From Rhodospirillaceae bacterium (GTDB taxonomy: Bacteria; Pseudomonadota; Alphaproteobacteria; UBA6615): a stretch of 64,000 bases of DNA. Under the pieces are notes generated by a model, which was given only the letters and a program-made list of their open reading frames with translations, was not told the origin of the DNA and searched no databases. The translations under genes were made by a program, and so were the position numbers. The DNA is taken from contig JABIVD010000016.1 of the NCBI GenBank assembly GCA_018667335.1, forward strand, positions 3,683 to 67,682. Direction: 5' to 3'. Within the stretch, counting starts at the first letter, position 1; every line of letters begins with the position of its first letter. Below are positions 38,614 to 48,545 of this stretch, one piece after another.

Positions 38614-38982
38614 ATGAGCAGATCTTTGTTCGACAAGTACGGCGGTTTTGCGAGCGTCAGCAAGGTCGTGTCTGCGTTCTACGACAAGGCTGTCGACTCC
38701 GACATCATCGGGCCGTACTTCGACGATATCGACATGCGCGCGCAGGTCGATCATCAGACAAAGTTCATTTCATCCCTAATGGGTGGTCCGGCGAGCTATT
38801 CCGACGAGGCGCTGCAAAAAGTGCATTCGGGGCTGCATATTGACCGAACCTCATTCGAGGAAATGGTAAAACTGCTGCACGAAACGCTTGAGGAATTTGC
38901 CTTTGAGCGCGCGGACATCGAACAGATCATGCATGAGATCAATTCGCGCGCCGACATCGTCATCACCCGGCACGATTCGTGA
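38614..38982 (+). CDS. Group I truncated (2/2) hemoglobin
   Basis: LFDKYGG (AB Gly-Gly), B9-B10 FY, PYF (CD1), LMGGP (EF Gly-Gly), proximal His in QKVH. Confidence 0.9.
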   Translation: MSRSLFDKYGGFASVSKVVSAFYDKAVDSDIIGPYFDDIDMRAQVDHQTKFISSLMGGPASYSDEALQKVHSGLHIDRTSFEEMVKLLHETLEEFAFERADIEQIMHEINSRADIVITRHDS

Positions 38983-40061
38983 CGGACGCCGCCCAGGACA
39001 TCTCAATGGACATGGAGCAATTTCGCTCCATGCTGCTCGATTCCGTTGGGGTGGGACTGGCGGTCGTGGATCATGACGGCTTCGGCGTGTTGCTCCACAA
39101 CGCGATGTTCGGCGAATGGTTCCCGGATATCGTTGCCGGCGATTCTACGTTCGCAGACGTGTTGCCGAAGTTCGATGCGGAACTCGTGACGCAGAAAATA
39201 GCAGAGGGCGAGACCTGGAAATGCGAGGTCGAGGTCAAACCGAAGCGGCGTGCGATTTCACTCGCCGTCGAGTTTGTGCCGGCCGCTGGCGCCGGCCACG
39301 GCGAAATTATGGTTCAGTGCCAGAATATTTCGAAGATCAAGGAACTCGAATACATGATCGAGTCCTATTCGAAGATGATCGAGCGCCAGAACCGTGATCT
39401 GAAAAAGGAAAAAGAACGGGTCGAGAAACTGCTGCTCAACATCATGCCGCAGCAGGTTTATGAGGAGTGGAAGGAGTTCGGGGTCACCACGCCGCAACGC
39501 TTCGATAGCGCCTCGGTCCTCATGCTCGATTTTGTCGGCTTTACCCAAATGGCGGTTTCGCAAGAACCGACCAAGCTTATCTCCGAGCTGAACGATATCT
39601 TCACGTCCTTCGATCGGATCGTTGAACAGTTCGGTTGCGAGAGGCTCAAGACGATTGGTGACGCCTATGTCGCCGTGTCCGGGCTACCGGAACAGAATCC
39701 TGATCACGCGCGCAACATCGCCCGTGTGGCGCTGCGTTTCGTGCGATATCTCCACCGCCGAAACGAGAACAGCGAGTTTGAGTGGAAATGCCGCGTCGGC
39801 ATCAACACCGGGGCCGTGATCGGCTCGGTCGTGGGTGTCCAGAAATATGTCTACGACATCTTCGGGCCGGGCGTGAATCTCGCCGCCCGGATCGAGGCAG
39901 TGTGCGAGCCGATGGAGATTCTCGTCGGCCAGGGCACCTACGACGAAATCCAGAACGAGTTCAGGCTAAGCGATTTTGGCGAGCACGAGATCAGGGGGTT
40001 CGGGCCGCAGCAGCTCTACCGCCTCGACGGTGATTTCACCCCGGCAAACGACAGCATCTAG
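38979..40061 (+). CDS. Class III nucleotide cyclase with PAS-like N-terminus and signalling coiled coil (probably adenylate cyclase)
   Basis: KKEKERVEKLLLNIMP, LDFVGFT, ERLKTIGDAY, YDIFGPGVNLAARIE. GTG start overlaps the globin stop (GTGA). Confidence 0.9.
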   Translation: MTDAAQDISMDMEQFRSMLLDSVGVGLAVVDHDGFGVLLHNAMFGEWFPDIVAGDSTFADVLPKFDAELVTQKIAEGETWKCEVEVKPKRRAISLAVEFVPAAGAGHGEIMVQCQNISKIKELEYMIESYSKMIERQNRDLKKEKERVEKLLLNIMPQQVYEEWKEFGVTTPQRFDSASVLMLDFVGFTQMAVSQEPTKLISELNDIFTSFDRIVEQFGCERLKTIGDAYVAVSGLPEQNPDHARNIARVALRFVRYLHRRNENSEFEWKCRVGINTGAVIGSVVGVQKYVYDIFGPGVNLAARIEAVCEPMEILVGQGTYDEIQNEFRLSDFGEHEIRGFGPQQLYRLDGDFTPANDSI

Positions 40062-40068
40062 CGCCGGC

Positions 40069-41343
40069 TCAGGCCGGGAGCCGCAGCACCATGCGGTTGA
40101 TTGCGTTCATGACCTTGTAAAGCTCATCGAACTGGCGCTTGAACGCGTCGTAGTCGAGGTCCGAGCGCTTCTCTCGGATGGCGGCGTGAATCTCGGCCAG
40201 CGACCTGTTGCCATCGCAGAGTGCCACGATCGGCCGCGACAGCGTCGGCACCGCCATGGTGGTTTTCAGTCCATCGGTCGTGACGGTGATTTTGCCGCCG
40301 GTCGGCAGGGCCTTGGCTATGTCTTCGGCATTCAGGTTCGGCAGGTGGGGAGTGACCTGTGGGTCGGCGGTGCTGGGTAGGGCCACGGGGTTATCATCTC
40401 GCACCGCGTAGAAGATGTGCTTCTTGAGATTCCCGGCGAACGATTCTGCGAAGCTCGCCCGCGTGATCTGATCCTGTTCGTGCAGGTGTTTCAGGATACG
40501 CGGGTCGCTGACCAGCCAATCCGGATCATAACGGTAGGGCTCGATGAAGCCCGTCAGGCGCAGGCTGGCCTGCGTAACGAAGTCGGCGATTTCGGGCACC
40601 CGGTAGGCCCGGTCGCGCGAATGCAGGAACAGGTCATAGATCCCCGGATCGCCGCCGCCGACGTGGTCGCGGATCAGGTCGTTGCGCATGATCCATGATG
40701 TGTTGGGCAAATCCGCCGCCAGCCGTTTGGCCATGGCGACCCGTTCATCGTCTGGTATCGCGCCGCCCGGGGCGATCGTCCGCAGCATGTCCTGCATGTG
40801 ATAGACGCCGGTGCGGCCATATTCGCCATAGACCATGACCCCGATACCCCCATCGGGCGCGAGCTGTCCGGCCAGCGCCGTAAGCCCGGCGTCGGGGTCT
40901 TCGAGATGGTGCAGCACACCGCAGCAATCGATGTAGTCCCATGGGCCGGGTGCCACTTTGGCGACGTCGAGCAGGGAGCCGGTCACGAAACGGATATTGT
41001 CCAGCCCACGCATCTTGGCGCGCGCCTGTGCCACCGCTTGGCTGGGGCCGCTCAGGTCGAGATGGACGACCTCGCCGGGCACGTCTGCATCGCGCATGTG
41101 CTGGGCCAGCATGATCGCGGCGTCGCCGGTGCCGCCGCCGGCGACCAGCGCCTTCATTGGCTTCGACAGGTCCCGCGCGCCGCCGAACACATAGTGATTC
41201 AGCTCGAACAGGTTGCTGGGCGAGCCGGCAATCAGGCGGGTTTTCTCGTCGTCCGGATTGCGTTCGGGATAGGGGTAGGATTCATACTGGGATTGTACGC
41301 GTCGATCGCGCGCGTTGGTGTTGTTTGAGACGGGGTCGGTCAT
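40069..41343 (-). CDS. Class I SAM-dependent methyltransferase
   Basis: QYESYPYP, LVAGGGTGD, DYIDCCGVLHHL. Confidence 0.88.
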   Translation of the reverse strand: MTDPVSNNTNARDRRVQSQYESYPYPERNPDDEKTRLIAGSPSNLFELNHYVFGGARDLSKPMKALVAGGGTGDAAIMLAQHMRDADVPGEVVHLDLSGPSQAVAQARAKMRGLDNIRFVTGSLLDVAKVAPGPWDYIDCCGVLHHLEDPDAGLTALAGQLAPDGGIGVMVYGEYGRTGVYHMQDMLRTIAPGGAIPDDERVAMAKRLAADLPNTSWIMRNDLIRDHVGGGDPGIYDLFLHSRDRAYRVPEIADFVTQASLRLTGFIEPYRYDPDWLVSDPRILKHLHEQDQITRASFAESFAGNLKKHIFYAVRDDNPVALPSTADPQVTPHLPNLNAEDIAKALPTGGKITVTTDGLKTTMAVPTLSRPIVALCDGNRSLAEIHAAIREKRSDLDYDAFKRQFDELYKVMNAINRMVLRLPA

Positions 41344-41376
41344 GGGTGTCTCCGCCGTCTAAATCGTGCCGGTGCG

Positions 41377-42357
41377 TCAGCCATCAATATCGATGACCAG
41401 CCGACCCGTGGCCTGGCGTCCTTCGAGCATGGCGAGGGCCTTGGCCACGTCGGCCAGCGGCAGCACCTGAGACACATGAGGGTTCAGTTTCCCGTCGGCC
41501 CACCATTGGGCGAGCTCCGCGAAACCGTCCCGGAAGGTCTCTGGTTCACGTGTCCGGTAGGCGCCCCAATAGACGCCGACGATCGAGATGTTTTTGACCA
41601 GCAGGTAGTTTGATGGAAACTCCGGCACATCGCCGCTGGCGAAGCCGATCACGAGCAATCGGCCGGACCAGGCCAGCGAACGCATCGCAGTTTGCGCCAA
41701 CGCGCCACCAACCGGATCGTAGACGACATCGACGCCCTGTCCGTCGGTGATCTTTTTCAATGTGCCGCGTAGATCCTCTTCGGCGTAATTTATCAAATGA
41801 TCAGCACCGCGCGCACGGGCCAGTTCGAGCTTCTCCGCCGTGGATGCTGCCGCGATGACGGTCGCGCCCAGCGCCTTGCCGCACTCGATAGCCGTCAGGC
41901 CGACACCGCCGCCGGCGCCCAGAACGAGCAATGTCTCGCCGGCTTTCAGCTTCGCCCGGTGGACCAGCGCCAGGTGGGACGTGCCGTAGGCGACGGGAAA
42001 CGCCGCCGCCGTCATGTTGTCCATGCCATCGGGGATGTGAAATACGGTGGTGGCTTCGCAAACCGCCTGCTCGGCATATGCGCCAGCGGACACGACGGCC
42101 ATCACCCGGTCGCCGGGTTTGAAATCGGTGACGCCGTCGCCGACTTCCATGACCTCGCCCGCGCCCTCGAGGCCGGGTGCGAAGGGCAGGTCGGGCTTCT
42201 CCTGATATTGTCCGCGCACAAGGACGCAATCCGCGAAGTTCACCCCGGCGGCGCGCATCCGGATGCGGACCTGGCCGGGGCCGAGGGCCGGTTCGGGCAG
42301 CTCGCCCAATTCGAGGGTGTCCGGGTCGCCCCAGTCCTTGCAGATGATTGCGCGCAT
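41377..42357 (-). CDS. NADPH:quinone oxidoreductase (MDR family)
   Basis: AGVNFAD, PGLEGAG, GAGGGVG, VVYDPVGG, IGFASG. Confidence 0.92.
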   Translation of the reverse strand: MRAIICKDWGDPDTLELGELPEPALGPGQVRIRMRAAGVNFADCVLVRGQYQEKPDLPFAPGLEGAGEVMEVGDGVTDFKPGDRVMAVVSAGAYAEQAVCEATTVFHIPDGMDNMTAAAFPVAYGTSHLALVHRAKLKAGETLLVLGAGGGVGLTAIECGKALGATVIAAASTAEKLELARARGADHLINYAEEDLRGTLKKITDGQGVDVVYDPVGGALAQTAMRSLAWSGRLLVIGFASGDVPEFPSNYLLVKNISIVGVYWGAYRTREPETFRDGFAELAQWWADGKLNPHVSQVLPLADVAKALAMLEGRQATGRLVIDIDG

Positions 42358-42510
42358 CAATTTCGTACTCCTGCCTGACGAGACGCCGAACGTGGCTGAA
42401 TTTTGTAACGCGCCGACCTCGCGACCCGCTCAATTGATTTGGACCGGGTTGTACCGGTCGGTCAATGCCTCTTGTTGCCTCGGCCCCGGAGGCCATGCAA
42501 GTAAGGTCCG

Positions 42511-43059
42511 ATGAGCGACACGAGAATGCGTGGATATTTTGGAATTGGCGTCGAGGGAATCTCGAAGCCGATGAATGTGGGCGCGATCATGCGCACCGCC
42601 CACGCATTCGACGCGAGCTTCGTCTTCACGATCGACGCGGTCTACGCCAAGCGTGAAGGCGGGCGATCGGATACCTCGGATGCGCCCGAGCATCTGCCGC
42701 TGCATGAATTCGATACGCTCGATGATTTTCGCCTCCCGCGCGGCTGCGACCTGGTCGGGATCGAACTCATCGAGGACTCCACCGATTTGCCGAGTTTTCG
42801 GCACCCGCGCCAGGCCGCCTACGTGCTGGGCCCGGAACGAGGATCCCTGTCTCCGGCGCTCGTCGAACGCTGCGACCATGTGGTGAAAATTCCCACCCGC
42901 TTCTGCGTCAATGTCGGCGTGGCGGCGGCGATCGTGATGTATGACCGGGTGTTGACCCTGGGCCGATATCCACCGCGCCCGATGACGCCGGGGGGCCCGC
43001 TCGAGGCGTTGCCCGAGCATGTGCATGGCAACCCCGTGCTTCGGCGTCCCCGGAACTGA
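42511..43059 (+). CDS. TrmH/SpoU family RNA methyltransferase
   Basis: NVGAIMRTA, LGPERGSL, CVNVGVA. Confidence 0.9.
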   Translation: MSDTRMRGYFGIGVEGISKPMNVGAIMRTAHAFDASFVFTIDAVYAKREGGRSDTSDAPEHLPLHEFDTLDDFRLPRGCDLVGIELIEDSTDLPSFRHPRQAAYVLGPERGSLSPALVERCDHVVKIPTRFCVNVGVAAAIVMYDRVLTLGRYPPRPMTPGGPLEALPEHVHGNPVLRRPRN

Positions 43060-43137
43060 GAAAAGGCCGAACAATAACAAGACGTTGATCGGTTCGGGGC
43101 TTGGCAAGACTCGGCGCAGCTTGGTATTGGCCGAGTC

Positions 43138-43662
43138 ATGATCGCAATCACCAGATTTTCCCTTTTGGCAGCGGCCCTTGTGCTGACAGTGGCGTTCCTG
43201 GCGCCGTCCACCGGACATGCGCAGGAAGCCAAGCGTATTGGTCAGCATGGCGACTGGGACGCCTACACACGCGGTACCGGAAACAGCCAGTTTTGCTACA
43301 TGGTCTCGAAGCCGCAGACCGCGAGCCTGCAGTCGCGGCGCGGCGAGATTTTCTTCCTGGTTTGGCACCGGCCCGGCCAGAAAGAATTCGATGTGGTGCA
43401 GGTCGATATTGGCTACCCATTCAAGGACGCATCCGAAGTCGAGGTGCGCATCGGTGGGGATTCCTGGTCCCTGTTCACCAAGGATGAGAGCGCCTGGGCT
43501 TACAAACAGGCCGATGATGTGGCGCTCGTCGCGGCACTGCGCAAAGGCGCGCGCATGACGGTTAAGGGAACGTCCAGCCGGAACAACCCGACCACCGATA
43601 GCTATTCCCTGAAGGGAACGAGCGCTGCATACGCCGCCATCAACAAGGCGTGTGGCCGCTAG
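43138..43662 (+). CDS. Invasion-associated locus B (IalB) family exported protein
   Basis: Signal peptide, HGDW, CYMVSKP, GTSSR, DSYSLKG, terminal Cys. Confidence 0.85.
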   Translation: MIAITRFSLLAAALVLTVAFLAPSTGHAQEAKRIGQHGDWDAYTRGTGNSQFCYMVSKPQTASLQSRRGEIFFLVWHRPGQKEFDVVQVDIGYPFKDASEVEVRIGGDSWSLFTKDESAWAYKQADDVALVAALRKGARMTVKGTSSRNNPTTDSYSLKGTSAAYAAINKACGR

Positions 43663-43925
43663 AGCGGATAGTCGCGCGCGGGGTCGACGCCGGCATCCCG
43701 GATGAACTTCGAAATTCGCCGCACCTCGGCGGGGTCCAATGTGTGTTGGGGGTGGTGAAATTCAGCGAAGTGCTCGTTCAGCCGAAATCCGATTCTGCCC
43801 CCGTGTCGCTGCTCAATTGTTCCCCCCAGTTCCTCGATAACTGATTCGACGGCCCGGGGCGCTATGTTGGCGCTGACCGGATGGGCAAACAGGGAATGCA
43901 GTACCTTGCGGTGTTTGTGATTCAT
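43659..43925 (-). CDS. HicA-like protein with no adjacent HicB
   Basis: MNHKHRKVL.SLF.HPVSANI, GGRI, FHHP, KFIRDAGV resemble HicA-family proteins. Confidence 0.7.
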   Translation of the reverse strand: MNHKHRKVLHSLFAHPVSANIAPRAVESVIEELGGTIEQRHGGRIGFRLNEHFAEFHHPQHTLDPAEVRRISKFIRDAGVDPARDYPL

Positions 43926-44061
43926 GATCGGCCTTCGCGTCTGTGGTCTGAGTGTCGACGCCACCCAGTCTGGGCTTGCGGACGGAAGTTGCATTGATCT
44001 AGCTCAGAACCGTGGTTGCAATCGGTTGCGTTCACCCGCCGTCGGGCCTATGTGAACCGTC

Positions 44062-45192
44062 ATGCCGATCACATCCGAACAATTCGCAGCCCCGGCGGCT
44101 GATGGCGACGGCCCGATTAACCTGATCGGGATGAATCGGGCTGAACTGACGGCGACCCTTGAGACCCTCGATGAGCCGCGGTTTCGCGCCGATCAGCTGT
44201 TCAAGTGGATCTACGGGCGCGGCGCCACCGAGTTCGACCAGATGACCAATCTGTCGAAAACCCTGCGCGCCAAGCTGGCCGACCGCTATGTCGTCGCCCG
44301 ACCGCAGATTTCGCAAGACCTTTCCTCGAACGACGGAACCCACAAATGGCTGTTGCGCCTGGATGACGGGAACGAGGTCGAGTGCGTGCACATTCCGGAA
44401 TCCGACCGCGGCACCTTGTGCGTATCGAGCCAGGTCGGCTGCACCCTGAATTGCCGGTTCTGTCATACGGGCACCCAGCGCCTGGTGCGCAATCTCGGCC
44501 CGGCGGAGATTGTCGGGCAGATCATGCTGGCGCGTGATCATCTGGGCGAATGGCCGACTGCGGAACGGCCGTCCATCTACGAGCGCGAACTCAGCAACAT
44601 CGTCATGATGGGCATGGGCGAGCCGCTCTACAATTTCGACAATGTATCGGCGGCCCTGAAGATCGCCATGGACGATGCAGGGATCGCGATTTCGCGCCGC
44701 CGCATCACCCTGTCGACCGCCGGCGTCGTGCCCCTGATCGAGCGGTGCGGCACCGAGCTTGGGGTGAATTTGGCAGTGTCCCTGCACGCGGCGCGCAACG
44801 ACCTTCGTGACGAGATCGTGCCGATCAACCGCAAATATCCGATCGAGGAACTCATGGCGGCATGCCGGGACTATCCCGGCGTGCGCAACTCCCGACGCAT
44901 CACCTTCGAGTATGTGATGCTGCGTGGCGTCAATGACAGCGATGCCGATGCGCGCGAGTTGGTGCGTGTAATCGCGGGGATCCCGTCGAAGGTCAATTTG
45001 ATCCCGTTCAATCCGTGGCCGGGCGCGCCCTATGACCGCTCGACAGACGAAAGAATCGAGGCGTTTGCCGAGATCGTTCGCGCTGCGGGCTATCCGTCGC
45101 CGGTGCGCACCCCGCGCGGCGAAGACATCATGGCGGCCTGCGGACAGCTCAAGTCCGAAAGCGAGCGCCCGAGCCGCACCGCAACCGGCTGA
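44062..45192 (+). CDS. rlmN: 23S rRNA m2A2503 radical SAM methyltransferase
   Basis: [31 protein letters not shown]. Confidence 0.96.
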   Translation: MPITSEQFAAPAADGDGPINLIGMNRAELTATLETLDEPRFRADQLFKWIYGRGATEFDQMTNLSKTLRAKLADRYVVARPQISQDLSSNDGTHKWLLRLDDGNEVECVHIPESDRGTLCVSSQVGCTLNCRFCHTGTQRLVRNLGPAEIVGQIMLARDHLGEWPTAERPSIYERELSNIVMMGMGEPLYNFDNVSAALKIAMDDAGIAISRRRITLSTAGVVPLIERCGTELGVNLAVSLHAARNDLRDEIVPINRKYPIEELMAACRDYPGVRNSRRITFEYVMLRGVNDSDADARELVRVIAGIPSKVNLIPFNPWPGAPYDRSTDERIEAFAEIVRAAGYPSPVRTPRGEDIMAACGQLKSESERPSRTATG

Positions 45193-45323
45193 TATTAAAA
45201 AGGTTTTTCCTCTCGCGCATTCGTGTTCTTGCCTGTTTGGCCCCGCGCCACTACTTTCAGGGCAAGGGAAGAGGACACCACACCCAAGATCCGTGAGCGC
45301 AACTGACGCGGGATCGACGGGAC

Positions 45324-45572
45324 ATGATCGACGATTTTATAATGGGACTGGCCCTCGCCATTTTTGGCGGGACACTTGCTGTCATTGGTTTGCCGACCAT
45401 ACGGCGTTGGCGTATGCCCTCTCTGACACCACATCACTCAAGCCGCACCGGTCGCGCCGTGCGCGTCGTGATGTCGACGCTGGCAATCGGCACCGGCGTT
45501 CCGCTGGCGTTGGCCGGGCTGGCCATGGTCGCGGCGGCTCTGGCCGGCATGCGGATAATCTGGCCAATCTGA
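45324..45572 (+). CDS. Small hypothetical 2-TM protein
   Basis: Two hydrophobic segments; fills the rlmN-argG gap. Confidence 0.45.
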   Translation: MIDDFIMGLALAIFGGTLAVIGLPTIRRWRMPSLTPHHSSRTGRAVRVVMSTLAIGTGVPLALAGLAMVAAALAGMRIIWPI

Positions 45573-45674
45573 GTTCAGAAATCCGTCCGTGATTGCCAGC
45601 ACCTGTGCTTGCTACAGGGACGGGCGCGACTATACTCCGCCGCGATTTACGCAGAAGCAAAACGGATCAGAGAC

Positions 45675-46886
45675 ATGGCGTCAGATGACGTGAAAAAAGT
45701 CGTGCTCGCCTATTCGGGTGGCCTCGATACTTCGGTCATTCTCAAATGGCTGGTGGAGACCTATGACTGTGAGGTGGTGACCTTCACCGCCGATCTGGGC
45801 CAGGGCGAGGAGCTTGAGCCGGCCCGGGCCAAGGCCGAGATGTTCGGCGTCAAGGAAATCTACATCGAGGATCTGCGCGAAGAGTTCGTGCGCGACTACG
45901 TGTTCCCGATGTTCCGGGCCAACGCGCTGTATGAGGGTGTGTATCTGCTCGGCACTTCGATCGCCCGCCCGCTGATCGCCAAGCGCCAGATCGAGATCGC
46001 CCATGAGACAGGTGCCGATGCCGTGTCCCATGGGGCGACGGGCAAGGGCAACGACCAGGTCCGCTTCGAACTCGGCTATTACGCACTCGACCCCGATATC
46101 AAGGTGATCGCGCCCTGGCGGGAGTGGGACCTGACCTCGCGGACCAAGTTGATTGAATTCGCCGAGAAGCACCAGATTCCGATCGCCAAGGACAAGCGTG
46201 GCGAGGCGCCGTTCTCCGTGGATGCGAACCTGCTGCACATCTCGGCGGAGGGCAAGGTCCTCGAGGATCCCTGGCACGAGCCCGAGGAGTATCTGTTTTC
46301 ACGTTCGGTCTCACCCGAAGCAGCGCCGGACACGCCGACCTATATCGAGATCGGCTTCGAAGCCGGCGATCCCGTCTCGATCGACGGCGAGAAGATGTCG
46401 CCCGCGACGCTCCTCACGAAACTGAACAAGCTCGGCGGCGCGAACGGAATTGGCCGGCTCGACCTGGTCGAGAACCGGTTCGTCGGCATGAAGTCTCGCG
46501 GCGTCTACGAGACGCCCGGTGGCACCGTCATGCATGTCGCGCACAGGGCGATGGAATCGCTCACCCTTGACCGGGAGGCCACGCACCTCAAGGACGAGTT
46601 GATGCCGCGCTACGCGAAACTCGTCTACAACGGCTTCTGGTTCGCGCCGGAGCGCGAGATGATCCAGGCGCTGGTCGACAAGAGCCAGGAGCATGTCTCC
46701 GGCACGGTCCGGCTAAAGCTCTACAAGGGCAATGTGGTCGTGGTCGGCCGGAAATCGCCGAACAGCCTCTATTCCCTCGACCATGTCACCTTCGAGGATG
46801 ACGAGGTCTATGACCAGCGTGACGCCGAGGGCTTCATCAAGCTGCAGGCCTTGCGCCTGCGCCTCGCCAAGGCGCTGCGGGACTAG
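45675..46886 (+). CDS. argG: Argininosuccinate synthase
   Basis: [32 protein letters not shown]. Confidence 0.97.
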   Translation: MASDDVKKVVLAYSGGLDTSVILKWLVETYDCEVVTFTADLGQGEELEPARAKAEMFGVKEIYIEDLREEFVRDYVFPMFRANALYEGVYLLGTSIARPLIAKRQIEIAHETGADAVSHGATGKGNDQVRFELGYYALDPDIKVIAPWREWDLTSRTKLIEFAEKHQIPIAKDKRGEAPFSVDANLLHISAEGKVLEDPWHEPEEYLFSRSVSPEAAPDTPTYIEIGFEAGDPVSIDGEKMSPATLLTKLNKLGGANGIGRLDLVENRFVGMKSRGVYETPGGTVMHVAHRAMESLTLDREATHLKDELMPRYAKLVYNGFWFAPEREMIQALVDKSQEHVSGTVRLKLYKGNVVVVGRKSPNSLYSLDHVTFEDDEVYDQRDAEGFIKLQALRLRLAKALRD

Positions 46887-46907
46887 GGGCGGGACGCCCG
46901 ACCGGGT

Positions 46908-47303
46908 CTAGCCCTCGATCTTCGCCATTTCGGCCATCTTCTCGTCGGCGTCGTCGGCCTTGTTGTAATCCTGAGCCAGGCGTCCGTCGCCGGCCGGGCT
47001 CTTGCAGGTGAAGAAGAGACAATGTCCCTCCACCGGCAGAATACCGTGGCGCATGTTGCGCGAGATATGCACGAGGTCGCCCGGCTCGATCGTGGTGGTC
47101 TCGTCGCCGAGCACCATGCGCAGCTTGCCCTCGAGGACGTAGATGAACTGTTCCTCGTTGGGGTGAAAATGCGGCGGGGGTGCGACCCCTTCGTCGTAGC
47201 GGACGAGGCCGACCTTCATGAACTCGCCGATGAACGTCTTCATCAGCGCCGGCGCGGTGTCGTCGGGCTGGTATTCAATTTCATTGGTGCGATAGATCGA
47301 CAT
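46908..47303 (-). CDS. Cupin domain protein
   Basis: PHFHPNEEQFIYVLEG, NMRHG, FFTCK (also present in the 7492 cupin). Confidence 0.87.
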   Translation of the reverse strand: MSIYRTNEIEYQPDDTAPALMKTFIGEFMKVGLVRYDEGVAPPPHFHPNEEQFIYVLEGKLRMVLGDETTTIEPGDLVHISRNMRHGILPVEGHCLFFTCKSPAGDGRLAQDYNKADDADEKMAEMAKIEG

Positions 47304-47340
47304 CGGTGTGTTCCCCTTATGTGTTCTGCTTTTTGAAACC

Positions 47341-48042
47341 CTAGCTGAGCCCCGGCCAGGCCGCCACATCGAGCACGAAGGGGTGGAGCCAGACGAGACC
47401 CAGATAGATCGCGACGGTCAGCAACAAACGCCACCAGCCGATCCCGGGCCAGTCGAAGCTGGTACGCTTCGACAGGATGGCGCCGAAGGGGACGAGGCTG
47501 GTGGTCAGCATGATCGGGCCCCAGTCCGCGCCAAACAGGAACTCGCGCCGCCTGTCGATGCGGAACATCCCGACCACGCTCAGGATCAGAAATCCGGCAA
47601 ACAGGATGATGGCGCGTGTGTCGCCGTTGACGACGAGATGCGCCGCGGCCCACAGGGACATGCCGTTGAGGAACGGGTGCCGGGTGATGCGGATGATGCC
47701 GCGTGTCAGATCGCGGCCAGGCTCGTCGGGTTTGTTTCCGGCGATTGTCGGTGACGGGGTGGTCACGCCGCAGACGATCAGGAACAGCGCCAGCGGCATC
47801 GCGAATGCGGGGAGCCAGAGCAGAGCGTCCGGCGTTTTCCAGAGTTGTTCGATCGGCGCGCGTATGAACGCCAGCACCATCCAGGCAAACACCGCGACCA
47901 TTAAAATCGAGTAGTAGGCGAGGAACCGCGTTTCCCCCAACTTTTCGATCAACGCCAACCGGACGGGCATGCTCGACAGCATGAAGTGGCCACCCACGAA
48001 CAGCGCGGTTGCGGCAAAAAGCACATCCAGACTGCCGACCAT
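47341..48042 (-). CDS. NnrU family membrane protein
   Basis: GIIRITRHP, WAAAHLVVNGD, TSLVPFGAI. Confidence 0.88.
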   Translation of the reverse strand: MVGSLDVLFAATALFVGGHFMLSSMPVRLALIEKLGETRFLAYYSILMVAVFAWMVLAFIRAPIEQLWKTPDALLWLPAFAMPLALFLIVCGVTTPSPTIAGNKPDEPGRDLTRGIIRITRHPFLNGMSLWAAAHLVVNGDTRAIILFAGFLILSVVGMFRIDRRREFLFGADWGPIMLTTSLVPFGAILSKRTSFDWPGIGWWRLLLTVAIYLGLVWLHPFVLDVAAWPGLS

Positions 48043-48165
48043 GGTTTCCCCCTGTAGTCCTCAAATGTAGCGCCGATTATCTGTTCGGAATGCGGGCGCG
48101 TCCAGTCACACCCTCCTGCATGTTACCGGGCCTGCATGCGAGCCGGAGGTGTGCTAGTCAGGGAT

Positions 48166-48510
48166 ATGACCGATACGAATGAAACCAACGAAACCAACGA
48201 CACGAACGACACCGGGGATGCGCTCCCCACGACCGACCCGGTCGCGGCGGTGATCCTCGAACAGCTCGCGGCGGCGAAGCCGGGCGGGTCGCTCTCGCCC
48301 GAAGACGTGGCGCGCGCTGTCGCAGATGCGCGGCGCAAACCCAACGATCCGCCCGATCTCTGGCGGCGCTATATGTCGGCCGTCAAGCAACAGGCGATTC
48401 ACCTCGCCCGCGCCGGTTCGATCCAGGTGCTGCGCAAGGGCCAGCCGGTTGAGGACCCTGCGCGCGTAAAGGGCGTCATCCGCTACCGGTTGCCGACCCT
48501 GCGCGCGTAA
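48166..48510 (+). CDS. DUF3253 domain protein
   Basis: SLSPEDVARA, WRRYM, RKGQPV, KGVIRYRL. N-terminus carries TNE/TND tripeptide repeats. Confidence 0.8.
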   Translation: MTDTNETNETNDTNDTGDALPTTDPVAAVILEQLAAAKPGGSLSPEDVARAVADARRKPNDPPDLWRRYMSAVKQQAIHLARAGSIQVLRKGQPVEDPARVKGVIRYRLPTLRA

Positions 48511-48535
48511 AGGGCGTCATCCGCTACCGGTTGCC
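48454..48535 (+). repeat. Perfect 41-bp tandem duplication at the 3' end of the DUF3253 gene
   Basis: GACCCTGCGCGCGTAAAGGGCGTCATCCGCTACCGGTTGCC at 48454 and 48495. Confidence 0.95.
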
Positions 48536-48545
48536 GACCTAGGAA

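Noticed and set aside
43994..44007. TTGAT-ctag-CTCAG as an FNR/FixK box
   Set aside because: The second half-site matches only 3 of 5 positions.
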